A stretch of DNA of 64,000 nt from Eledone cirrhosa (Eukaryota): assembly GCA_964016885.1 (NCBI GenBank), contig OZ024741.1, positions 303,614,001 through 303,678,000 of the forward strand. Direction: 5' to 3'. Positions within the stretch are counted from its first letter, which is position 1. Each line of letters opens with the position of its first letter. A model generated the notes under the pieces. The model was not told the origin of the DNA. It searched no databases and saw only the letters and a list, made by a program, of their open reading frames with translations. Below, in pieces: positions 47,491 to 63,090 of the stretch. Made by a program: the position numbers and the translations under genes.

Positions 47491-50400
47491 AACAAGACAA
47501 CCACAATTAACACCAACATCACTACCAAGAATAATACAACCACAATCAACACCAACATCATTACCAACAACAATACAACCACAATCAACACCAACATCAC
47601 TACCAACAACAACACAACCAAAATCAACACAAACATCACTGCCAACAACAACACAGCCACAATCAACACCAACATCACTGCCAACAACAACACAACCACA
47701 GTCAACACCATCATCACTACCAACAACAATACAACCACAATCAACACCAACATCACTACCAACAACAACAGAACCACAATCAACACCAACATCACTACCA
47801 ACAACAATACGACCATAATCAACACCAACATCACTACCAACAACAACACAACCACAATCAACACCAACATCACTACCATCAATAATATAACAACAATCAA
47901 CACCAACATCACTACCAACATCACTACCAACAACAATACAACCACAATCAACACCAACATAACTACCAACGACAGCACAACCATAATCAACACCAACATC
48001 ACTACAACCACCAACACAACCACAATCAACATCAACATCAATACCGACAACAATACAACCACAATCAACGCCAACATAACTACCAACAACAACACAACCA
48101 TAATCAACAGCAACATCACTACAACCACCAACACAACCACAATCAACACCAACATCACTACCAACAACAATACAACCACAAACAACACCAACATCGCTAC
48201 CAAAACAACACAACCACAATCAACACCAACATCACTACCAACAACAACACAACCACAATCAACACCAACATCATTACCAGCAACAATACAACCAAAATCA
48301 ACATCACTAACAACAACAACACAACCACATTCAATACCAACATCACTATCAACAACAACACAACCACAATCAATACCAACATCACTACCAACAACAATAC
48401 AACCACAATCAACACCAACATCACTACCAGCAACGATACAACCACAATCAACACCAACATCACTACCAACAACAACACAACCACAATCAACACCAACATC
48501 ACTACCAGCAACAATACAACCACAATCAACACCAACATCACTACCAACAACACAACCATAATCACCACCAACATCACTACAACCACCAACACAACCACAA
48601 TCAACACCAACATCACTACCAGCAACAATACAACCACAATCAACACCAACATCACTACCAACAACAAAACCATAATCAACACCAACATCACTACAACCAC
48701 CAACACAACCACAATCAACACCAACATCACTACCAACAACAACACAACCGCAATCAACACCAACATCGCTACCAGCAACAATACAACCACAATCAACACC
48801 AACATCACTACCAACAACACAACCATAATCAACACCAACATCACTACAACCACCAACACAACCACAAACAACACCAACATCACTACCAACGACAGCACAA
48901 CCATAATCAACACCTACATCACTACAACCACCAACACAACCACAATCAACACCAACATCAATACCGACAACGATACAACCACAATCAACGCCAACATAAC
49001 TACCAACAACAACACAACCATAATCAACAGCAACATCACTACAACCACCAAGACAACCACGATCAACACCAACATCACGACCAGCAACAATACAACCAGA
49101 ATCAACACCAACATCGCTACCAGCAACAATACAACCACAAACAACACCAACATCGCTACCAACAACAACACAACCATAATCAACACCAACATCACTACCA
49201 ACAACAATACAACCACAATCAACACCAACATCACTACCAACAACAGCACAACCACAATCAACACCAACATCACGACCAACAACAACACAACCACAATCAA
49301 CACCAACATCACTACCAGCAACAATACAACCACAATCAACACCAATATCACTACCAGCAACAACACAACCACAATCAAAACCAACATCACTACAACCACC
49401 AACACAACCACAATCAACACCAACATCACTACCAGCAAGGATACAACCACAATCAACACCAACATCACCACCAGCAACAATACAACAACAATCAACAGCA
49501 AAATAACTACCAACAACAACACAACCACAATCAACACCAACATCACTACCAACAACAACACAACCACAATCAACACCAACATCACTACCAACAACAACAC
49601 AACCACAATCAACACCAACATCACTACCAACAGCAACACAACCACAATCAACACCAACATCACTACCAACAACAACACAACCACAATCAACACCAACATC
49701 ACTGCCAACAACAACACAACCAAAATCAACACAAACATCACTGCCAACAACAACACAGCCACAATCAACACCAACATCACTGCCAACAACAACACAACCA
49801 CAATCAACACCATCATCACTACCAACAACAATACAACCACAATCAACACCAACATCACTACCAACAACAATACAACCATAATCAACACCAACATCACTGC
49901 CAACAACAACACAACCAGAATCAACACCAACATCACTGCCAACAACAACACAACCACAATCAACACCAAAATCACTGCCAACAACAACACAACCACAACA
50001 ACACCAACATCACTGCCAACAACAACACAACCACAATCAACACCCACATCACTGCCAACATCAACACAACCACAATAAACACCAACATCACTACCAACAA
50101 CAACACAACCGCAATCAACACCAACATCGATACCAGCAACAATACAACCACAATCAACACCAACATCACTACCAACATCACTACCAACAACAATACAACC
50201 AAAATCAACACCAACATAACTACCAACAACAACACAACCATAATCAACACCAAGATCACTACAACCACCAACACAACCACAAACAACACCAACATCACTA
50301 CCAACGACAGCACAACCATAATCAACACCAAGATCACTACAACCACCAACACAACCACAATCAACGCCAACATAACTACCAACAACAACACAACCATAAT

Positions 50401-53400
50401 CAACAGCAACATCACTACAACCACCAAGACAACCACAATCAACATCAACATCACTACCAACAACAACACAACCGCAATCAACACCAACATCACTACCAAC
50501 AACAACACAACCACAATCAACACCAACATCACTACCAACAACAACACAACCACAATCAACACCAACATCACTGCCAACAACAACACAACCAAAATCAACA
50601 CAAACATCACTGCCAACAACAACACAGCCACAATCAACATCAACATCACTGCCAACAACAACACAACCACAATCAACACCATCATCACTACCAACAACAA
50701 TACAACCACAATCAACACCAACATCACTACCAACAACCATACAACCATAATCAACACCAACATCACTACCAACAACAACACAACCACAATCAACACCAAC
50801 ATCACTGCCAACAACAACGCAACCACAATCAACACCAACATCACTGCCAACAACAACACAACCACAATCAACACCAAAATCACTGCCAACAACAACACGA
50901 CCACAACAACACCAACATCACTGCCAACAACAACACAACCACAATCAACACCCACATCACTGCCAACATCAACACAACCACAATAAACACCAACATCACT
51001 ACCAACAACAACACAACCGCAATCAACACCAACATCGATACCAGCAACAATACAACCACAATCAACACCAACATCACTACCAACATCACTACCAACAACA
51101 ATACAACCACAATCAACACCAACATCACTACCAACAACAACACAACCATAATCAACACCAAGATCACTACAACCACCAACACAACCACAAACAACACCAA
51201 CATCACTACCAACGACAGCACAACCATAATCAACACCAAGATCACTACAACCACCAACACAACCACAATCAACGCCAACATAACTACCAACAACAACACA
51301 ACCATAATCAACAGCAACATCACTACAACCACCAAGACAACCACAATCAACACCAACATCACTACCAACAACAACACAACCACAATCAACACCAACATCA
51401 CTACCAACAACAACACAACCACAATCAACACCAACATCACTGCTAACAACAACACAACCAAAATCAACACAAACATCACTGCCAACAACAACACAGCCAC
51501 AATCAACACCAACATCACTGCCAACAACAACACAACCACAATCAACACCATCATCACTACCAACAACAATACAACCACAATCAACACCAACATCACTACC
51601 AACAACAATACAACCATAATCAACACCAACATCACTACCAACAACAACACAACCACAATCAACACCAACATCACTGCCAACAACAACACAACCACAATCA
51701 ACACCAACATCACTGCCAACAACAACACAACCACAATCAACACCAAAATCACTGCCAACAACAACACGACCACAACAACACCAACATCACTGCCAACAAC
51801 AACACAACCACAATCAACACCCACATCACTGCCAACATCAACACAACCACAATAAACACCAACATCACTACCAACAACAACACAACCGCAATCAACACCA
51901 ACATCGATACCAGCAACAATACAACCACAATCAACACCAACATCACTACCAACATCACTACCAACAACAATACAACCACAATCAACACCAACATAACTAC
52001 CAACAACAACACAACCATAATCAACACCAAGATCACTACAACCACCAACACAACCACAAACAACACCAACATCACTACCAACGACAGCACAACCATAATC
52101 AACACCAACATCACTACAACCACCAACACAACCACAATCAACACCAACATAACTACCAACAACAACACAACCATAATCAACAGCAACATCACTACAACCA
52201 CCAAGACAACCACAATCAACACCAACATCACTACCAGCAACAATACAACCACAATCAACACCAACATCACTACCAACAACAATACAACCACAAACAACAC
52301 CAACATCACTACCAACAACAATACAACCACAATCAACACCAACATCGCTACCAACAACAATACAACCACAATCAACACCAACATCACTACCAACAACAAT
52401 ACAACCACAATCAACACCAACATCACTACCAACAACAATACAACCACAATCAACACTAACATCGCTACCAACAACAACACAACCACAATCAACACCAACA
52501 TCATTACCAGCAACAATACAACCACAATCAACACCAACATCACTACCAACAACAACACAACCACATTCAATACCAACATCACTATCAACAACAACACAAC
52601 CACAATCAACACCAACATCATTACCAGCAACAATACAACCACAATCAACACCAACATCACTACCAACAACAATACAACCACAATCAACACCAACATCACT
52701 ACCAGCAACAATACAACCACAATCAACACCAACATCACTACCAGCAACAATACAACCACAATCAACACCAACATCACTACAACCACCAACACAACCACAA
52801 TCAACACCAACATCACTACCAGCAACGATACAACCACAATCAACACCAACATCACTACCAGCAACAATACAACCACAATCAACACCAACATAACTATCAA
52901 CAGCAACACAACCACAATCAACACCAACATCACAACCAACAACAACACAACCACAATCAACACCAACATCACTACCAACAACAACACAACCACAATAAAC
53001 ACCAACATCACTACCAACAACAACACAACCGCAATCAACACCAACATCGATACCAGCAACAATACAACCACAATCAACACCAACATCACTACCAACATCA
53101 CTACCAACAACAATACAACCACAATCAACACCAACATCACTACCAACAACAACACAACCATAATCAACACCAAGATCACTACAACCACCAACACAACCAC
53201 AAACAACACCAACATCACTACCAACGACAGCACAACCATAATCAACACCAAGATCACTACAACCACCAACACAACCACAATCAACGCCAACATAACTACC
53301 AACAACAACACAACCATAATCAACAGCAACATCACTACAACCACCAAGACAACCACAATCAACACCAACATCACTACCAACAACAACACAACCACAATCA

Positions 53401-55899
53401 ACACCAACATCACTACCAACAACAACACAACCACAATCAACACCAACATCACTGCTAACAACAACACAACCAAAATCAACACAAACATCACTGCCAACAA
53501 CAACACAGCCACAATCAACACCAACATCACTGCCAACAACAACACAACCACAATCAACACCATCATCACTACCAATAACAATACAACCACAATCAACACC
53601 AACATCACTACCAACAACAATACAACCATAATCAACACCAACATCACTACCAACAACAACACAACCACAATCAACACCAACATCACTGCCAACAACAACA
53701 CAACCACAATCAACACCAACATCACTGCCAACAACAACACAACCACAATCAACACCAAAATCACTGCCAACAACAACACGACCACAACAACACCAACATC
53801 ACTGCCAACAACAACACAACCACAATCAACACCCACATCACTGCCAACATCAACACAACCACAATAAACACCAACATCACTACCAACAACAACACAACCG
53901 CAATCAACACCAACATCGATACCAGCAACAATACAACCACAATCAACACCAACATCACTACCAACATCACTACCAACAACAATACAACCACAATCAACAC
54001 CAACATAACTACCAACAACAACACAACCATAATCAACACCAAGATCACTACAACCACCAACACAACCACAAACAACACCAACATCACTACCAACGACAGC
54101 ACAACCATAATCAACACCAACATCACTACAACCACCAACACAACCACAATCAACACCAACATAACTACCAACAACAACACAACCATAATCAACAGCAACA
54201 TCACTACAACCACCAAGACAACCACAATCAACACCAACATCACTACCAGCAACAATACAACCACAATCAACACCAACATCACTACCAACAACAATACAAC
54301 CACAAACAACACCAACATCACTACCAACAACAATACAACCACAATCAACACCAACATCGCTACCAACAACAATACAACCACAATCAACACCAACATCACT
54401 ACCAACAACAATACAACCACAATCAACACCAACATCACTACCAACAACAATACAACCACAATCAACACTAACATCGCTACCAACAACAACACAACCACAA
54501 TCAACACCAACATCATTACCAGCAACAATACAACCACAATCAACACCAACATCACTACCAACAACAACACAACCACATTCAATACCAACATCACTATCAA
54601 CAACAACACAACCACAATCAACACCAACATCATTACCAGCAACAATACAACCACAATCAACACCAACATCACTACCAACAACAATACAACCACAATCAAC
54701 ACCAACATCACTACCAGCAACAATACAACCACAATCAACACCAACATCACTACCAGCAACAATACAACCACAATCAACACCAACATCACTACAACCACCA
54801 ACACAACCACAATCAACACCAACATCACTACCAGCAACGATACAACCACAATCAACACCAACATCACTACCAGCAACAATACAACCACAATCAACACCAA
54901 CATAACTATCAACAACAACACAACCACAATCAACACCAACATCACAACCAACAACAACACAACCACAATCAACACCAACATCACTACCAACAACAACACA
55001 ACCACAATCAACACCAACATCACTACCAACAACAACACAACCACAATCAACACCAACATCACTACCAACAACAGAACAACCACAATCAACACCAACATCA
55101 CTACCAACAACAATACAACCACAATCAACACCAACATCACTACCAGCAACAATACAACCACAATCAACACCAACATCAGTACCAGTAACAATACAACCAC
55201 AATCAACACCAAATAACTACCAACAACAACACAACCACAATCAACACCAACATCACTACCAAGAACAATACAACCACAATCAACACCAACATCACTACCA
55301 ACAACAATACAACCACAATCAAAACCAACATCACTACCAACAACAATACCACCACAATCAACACCAACATCACTACCAGCAACAATACAACCACAATCCA
55401 CACCAACATCACTACCAACAACACAACCACAATCAACACCAACATCACTACTAACAACAATACAACCACAATCTACACCAACAACACTACCAACAACAAT
55501 ACAACCACAATCAACACCAACGTCACTATCAATAACAATACAACCACAATCAACACGAACATCACTACCAACAACAACACAACATCGATCAACACCAACA
55601 TAACTACAACCACCAATACAACCACAATCAACACCAACACCACTACCAACAACAATACAACCACAATCAACACCAACATCACTACCAACAACAACACAAC
55701 ATCAATCAACACCAACATAACTACAACCACTAACACAACCACAATCAACACCAACATCACTACTAACAACAATACAACCACAATCAACACCAACATCACT
55801 ACCAACAACAACACAACCACAATCAACACCAACATAAGTACAACCACCATCACAACCACAATCAACACCAATATCACTACCAACAACAACACAACCACA
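47491..55899. repeat. Type A 39-bp array, block 5
   Basis: Same consensus and the same variant set as block 4. Confidence 0.96.
49700..55000. repeat. Nested ~0.87-0.91 kb and 2012-bp duplications
   Basis: The marker ACCACAACAACACC...CCCACATCACTGCCAACATC recurs at spacings 908, 869 and 2012 (ORF ends 49972, 50880, 51749, 53761). TGCTAAC at 51441/53453 and CGATACC at 51036/53048 are offset 2012. Confidence 0.88.
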
Positions 55900-56048
55900 T
55901 CCACAAACAACAATACTACTTCAAGCAATAACACAACTACAGCAATAACACAACCATAAACAGTAATTACTCTTACATCATCATCACACATCATCACAAC
56001 ACCATCAATACAACAACCACAGCCACCAACAACAACAGAACCAACGCA
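55900..56048. repeat. Junction element J, copy 5 (diverged)
   Basis: TCCACAAACAACAATACTACTTCAAGCAATAACACAACTACAGCAATAACACAACCATAAACAGTAATTACTCTTACATCATCATC: several substitutions and a different 3' part relative to J1-J4. Confidence 0.88.
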
Positions 56049-59000
56049 ACTACCACCAATATACCAAAATTAACAACACTAACGACAACACAACTACTAC
56101 CAATATAACAACATCAACAACACATCTACTACCAATATACCAACATCAACAACACATCTACTACCAATATACCAACACCAACAACAGCACTGCTACTACC
56201 AATATACCAACACCAACAACACAACTATTACCAATATACCAACATCAACAACACTAACAACAACACAACTACTACCAATATACCAACACCTACAACACAA
56301 CTACTACCAATATACCAACACCAACAACACAACTACTACCAATATACCAACACCTCCAACACCAACAACAACACAACTACCACCAATATACCAACACCAC
56401 CAATACCAACAACAACGCAACTACCACCAATATACCAACAACAACACAATCACAACCAACACAACTACCACCAATATACCAACACCAACACAATCACAAC
56501 CACCTCAACTACCACCAATATTCCAACACCAACAACACAACCAACACCACTACTACCAATATACCAACACCAACACAACTACCACCAATATACCAACACC
56601 AACAACATAAGCAACACAACTACCACCAATATACCAACACCAACAACACAACCAACACAACTACCACCAATATACCAACACCAACAACACAACCAACACC
56701 AACAACACAACCAACACAACTACCACCAATATACCAACACCAACAACACAACCAACACCACTTCTACCAATATAACAACACCAACACAATCACAACCAAC
56801 ACAACTACCACCAATAAACCAACACCAACAACTCAACCAACACAACTACCACCAATATACCAACACCAACACAATCACAACCAACACAACTACCACCAAT
56901 CAACCAACACCAACAACACAACCAACGCAACTAACACCAATATAACAACACCAACACAATCACAACCAACACAACTACCACCAATATACCAACACCAACA
57001 ACACAACCAACACAACTACCACCAATATAACAACAGCAACACAATCACAACCAACAGAACTCCCACCAATAAACCAACACCAGCAACACAACCAACACAA
57101 CTATCACAAATATACCAACACCAACAACACAACCAACACCACTACTACCAATATACCAACAACAACACAATCGCAACCAACACCAACACAATCACAACCA
57201 ACACAACTACTACCAATATACCAACACCTACAACACAACCAACACAACTATCACCAATATACCAACACCAACAACACAAACAACACCACTACTACCAATA
57301 TACCAACAACAACACAGTCACAACCAACACAACTACCACCAATATACCAACACCAACAACACAACCAACACAACTACCACCAATATACCAACACCAACAA
57401 CACAACCAACACGACTACCACCAAGAGACCAACACCAACACAATCACAACCAGCACAACTACCACCAATATACCAACACCAACATCACAACCAACACAAC
57501 TACCACCAATAGACCAACACCAACACAATCACAACCAACACAACTACCACCAATATACCAACACCAACAACACGACCAGCACAACTACCACCAATATACC
57601 AACACCAACATCACAACCATCACAACTACCACCAATAGACCAACACCAACACCAACATCACAACCAGCACAACTACCACCAATAGACCAACACCAACACA
57701 ATCACAACCAACACAACTACTACCAATATACCAACACCAACACAATCACAACCAACACAACTACCACCAATATACCAACACCAACAACACAACCAACACA
57801 ACTACCACCAATAGAGTAACACCAACACAATCACAAGCAACACAACTACTACCAATATAACAACACCAACATCACAACCAACACAACTACCACCAATATA
57901 CCAACACCAACAACACAACCAACACAACTACTACCAATATACCAACACCAACAAAACAACTATTACCAATATACCAACATCAACAACTCTAACAACAACA
58001 CAACTACTACCAATATACCAACACCAACAACACAACTACTACCAATATACCAACACCAACAACACAACTACTACCAATATACCAACATCTCCAACACCAA
58101 CAACAACACAACTACCACCAATATACCAACACCGACACAATCACAACCAACACAACTACCACCAATATACCAACACCAACACAATCACAACCACCACAAC
58201 TACCACCAATATTCCAACACTAACAACACAACCAACACCACTACTACCAATATACCAACACCAACACAACTACCACCAATATACCAACACCAACAACACA
58301 ACCAACACAACTACCACCAATATACCAACACCAACAACACAACCAACACCAACTACACAACCAACACCACTTCTACCAATATAACAACACCAACACAATC
58401 ACAACCAACACAACTACCACCAATATAACAACACCAACACAATCACAACCAACACAACTACCACCAATATACCAACACCAACATCACAACCAACACAACT
58501 ACCACCAATATATCAACACCAAGAACACAACCAACACAACTACCACCAATATACCAACACCAACACAATCACAACCAACGCAACTACCACCAATAGACCA
58601 ACACCAACACAATCACAACCAACACAACTACCACCAATAGACCAACACCAACACAATCACAACCAACAGAACTACCACCAATATACCAACACCAACAACA
58701 CGACCAACACAACTACCGCCAATATACCAATAACAACAATATAAGCAACACAACTACCACCAATATACCAACACCTACTACACAACCAACACAACTACCA
58801 CCAATATACCAACACCAACACAATCACAACTAACACAACTCCCACCAATATACCAACACTAACAACACAACCAACACAACTATCACCAATATACCAACAC
58901 CAACAACACAACCAACACCACTACTACCAATATACCAACACCAACACAATCACAACCAACACAACTACCACCAATATACGAAAACCAACAACACCACCAA

Positions 59001-59429
59001 TACAACTACCACCAATAGACCAACACCAACACAATCACAACCAACACAACTATCACCAAGATACCAACACCAACAACACAACCAACACAACTACCACCAA
59101 TATACCAACACCAACAACACAACCAACACAACTACCACCAATATACCAACACCAACATCACAACCAGCACAACTACCACCAAAAGATCAACACCAACACA
59201 ATCACAACCAACACAACTACCACCAATATACCAACACCAACACAATCACAACCAACACAACTACCACCAATATACCAACACCAACATCACAACCAACACA
59301 TCTACCACCAATAGACCAACACCAACACAATCACAACCAACACAACTACCACCAATATACCAACACCAACATCACAACCAACACAACTACCACCAATATA
59401 CCAACACCTACTACACAACCAACACAACT

Positions 59430-60940
59430 CCCACCAATATACCAACACCAACAACAAAACCAACACAACTATCACCAATATACCAACACCAACAACACAA
59501 CCAACACCACTACTACCAATATACCAACACCAACACAATCACAACCAACACAACTACCACCAATATACTAAAACCAACAACACCACCAATACAACTATCA
59601 CCAATAGACCAACACCAACACAATCACAACCAACACAACTATCACCAAAATACCAACACCAACAACACAACCAACACAACTACCACCAATAGACCAACAC
59701 CAACACAATCACAACCAACACAACTACCACCAATATACCAACACCAACACAATCCCAACCAACACAACTACCACCTATATACCAACACCAACAACACAGC
59801 CAACACAACTACCAGCAATAGACCAACACCAACACCATCACAACCAACACATCTACCACCAATATACCAACACCAACAACACAACCAACACAACTACCAA
59901 CAATATACCAACACCAACACAATCACAACTAACACAACTCCCACCAATATACAACACCAACATCACAACCAACACAACTACCATCAATAGATCAACACCA
60001 ACAACACAACCAACACAACTACCACCAATATACCAACACCAACAACACAACCAACACAACTACCACCAATATACCAACACCAACAACACAACCAACACAA
60101 CTACCACCAATATACCAACACCAACAACATAAGCAACACAACTACTACCAATATACCAACACCAACAACAAAACCAACACAACTCCCACCAATATACCAA
60201 CACCAACAACAAAACCAACACAACTATCACCAATATACCAACACCAACAACACAACCAACACCACTACTACCAATATACCAACACCAACACAATCACAAC
60301 CAACACAACTACCACCAATATACTAAAATCAACAACACCACCAATACAACTATCACCAATAGACCAACACCAACACAATCACAACCAACACAACTATCAC
60401 CAAAATACCAACACCAACAACACAACCAACACAACTACCACCAATAGACCAACACCAACACAATCACAACCAACACAACTACCACCAATATACCAACACC
60501 AACACAATCCCAACCAACACAACTACCACCTATATACCAACACCAACAACACAGCCAACACAACTACCAGCAATAGACCAACACCAACACCATCACAACC
60601 AACACATCTACCACCAATATACCAACACCAACAACACAACCAACACAACTACCAACAATATACCAACACCAACACAATCACAACTAACACAACTCCCACC
60701 AATATACAACACCAACATCACAACCAACACAACTACCATCAATAGATCAACACCAACAACACAACCAACACAACTACCACCAATATACCAACACCAACAA
60801 CACAACCAACACAACTACCACCAATATACCAACACCAACAACACAACCAACACAACTACCACCAATATACCAACACCAACAACATAAGCAACACAACTAC
60901 TACCAATATACCAACACCAACAACAAAACCAACACAACTA
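59430..60940. repeat. 755-bp tandem duplication within B block 3
   Basis: Identical ORFs 59853..60059 and 60608..60814. ORF starts 59538 and 60293 are also offset 755. Confidence 0.88.
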
Positions 60941-63090
60941 CCACCAATATACCAACACCAACAACACAACCATCACCACTTCTACCAATATAACAACACC
61001 AACACAATCACAACCAACACAACTATCACCAATAGACCAACACCAACACAATCACAACCAACACAACTACCACCAATAAACCAACACCCACAGCACAACC
61101 AACACAACTACCACCAATATACCAACACCAACACAATCACAACCAACACAACTACCACCAATAAACCAACACCAACAACACGACCAACACATCTACTATC
61201 AATATAACAACACCAACACAATCCAAACCAACACAACTACCACCAATATACCAACACCAACAACACAACCAACACAACTACCACCAATATACCAACACCA
61301 ACACAATCACAACCAACAGAACTCCCACCGATATACCAACACCAACAACACAACCAACACAACTATCATCAATGTACCAACACCAACAACACAACCAACA
61401 CCTCTACTACCAATATACCAACAACAACACAATCTCAACCAACACAACTAACACCAATATACCAACACCAACAACACAACCAACACAACTACCACCAATA
61501 GACCAACACCAACACAATCACAACCAACACAACTACCACCAATATACCAACACCAACACAATCACAACCAAAACAACTACCACCAATATACCAATACCAA
61601 CAACATAAGCAACCCAACTACCACCAATATACCAACACCAACATCACAACCAACACAACTACCACCAATATACCAACACCAACAACACAACCAACACAAC
61701 TATCACCAATATACCAACACCAACAACACAACCAACACAACTACCACCAATATACCAACATCAACAACATAAGCAACAAAACTACCCTCAATATACCAAC
61801 ACCAACAACACAAGCAACACAACTACCACCAATATACCAACACCAACACAATCACAACTAACACAACTCCCACCAATATACAACACCAACATCACAACCA
61901 ACACAACTACCATCAATAGATCAACACCAACAACACAACCAACACAACTACCACAAATATACCAACACCAACATCACAACCAACACAACTACCACCAATA
62001 GATCAACACCAACACATTCACAACCAACACAACTACCACCAACATACCAACACCAACAACATAAGCAACACAACTACCACCAATATACCAACACCAACAA
62101 CACAACCAACACAACTACCACCAATATACCAACACCAACAACATAAGCAACACAACTACTACCAATATACCAACACCAACAACACAACCAACACAACTAC
62201 CACCAATATACCAACACCAACAACACAACCATCACCACTTCTACCAATATAACAACACCAACACAATCACAACCAACACAATTATCACCAATAGACCAAC
62301 ACCATCACAATCACAACCAACACAACTACCACCAATAAACCAACAGCAACAACACAACCAACACAACTACCACCAATATACCAACACCAACACAATCACA
62401 ACCAACACAACTACCACCAATAAACCAACACCAACAACACAACCAACACAACTACTATCAATATAACAACACCAACACAATCCAAACCAACACAACTAGC
62501 ACCAATATACCAACACCAACAACACAACCAACACAACTACCACCAATATACCAACACCAACACAATCACAACCAACAGAACTCCCACCGATATACCAACA
62601 CCAACAACAGAACCAACACAACTATCACCAATGTACCAACACCAACAACACAACCAACACCTCTACTACCAATATACCAACAACAACACAATCTCAACCA
62701 ACACAACTAACACCAATATACCAACACCAACAACACAACCAACACAACTACCACCAATAGACCAACACCAACACAATCACAACCAACACAACTACCACCA
62801 ATATACCAACACCAACACAATCACAACCAACACAACTACCACCAATATACCAACACCAACAACATAAGCAACACAACTACCACCAATATACCAACACCAA
62901 CATCACAACCAACACAACTACCACCAATATACCAACACCAACAACACAACCAACACAACTATCACCAATATACCAACACCAACAACACAACCAACACAAC
63001 TACCACCAATATACCAACATCAACAACATAAGCAACAAAACTACCATCAATATACCAACACCAACAACACAACCAACACAACTACCACCA
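60820..63090. repeat. Direct duplication with 1259-bp offset within B block 3
   Basis: Near-identical ORFs 61372..61608 and 62631..62867. CATCACCACTTCTACC at 60971/62230 and AAGCAACAAAACTACC at 61771/63030. Confidence 0.88.

Larger units (their letters stand above)
38630..48400. repeat. ~7.2-kb offset duplication of an A-J-B-A segment
   Basis: J3 (39151) and J4 (46364) are offset 7213. The B-to-A exit ACCAATATACCAAAACCAACAACACCAACAACAAGAC at 40291 and 47462 is offset 7171. The two ~1-kb B blocks are near-identical. Confidence 0.85.

Noticed and set aside
2070-53870. AATAAA hexamers as polyadenylation signals (also CATAAA in J)
   Set aside because: They arise from a single ATC-to-ATA monomer variant scattered through the array, with no downstream GU-rich element on the + strand.
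1-55899. CRISPR-like array suggested by the ~39-bp periodicity
   Set aside because: Units are directly head-to-tail with no unique spacers, no palindromic repeat and no cas genes.
1-55899. A single intact giant mucin exon in the QPQSTPTSLPTT frame
   Set aside because: Frequent TAA stops (ACATAACT, CCATAATC, CAATAAAC variants) and about 30 frameshifts, many copied between duplicates. No vWD, CysD or SEA domain in the window.
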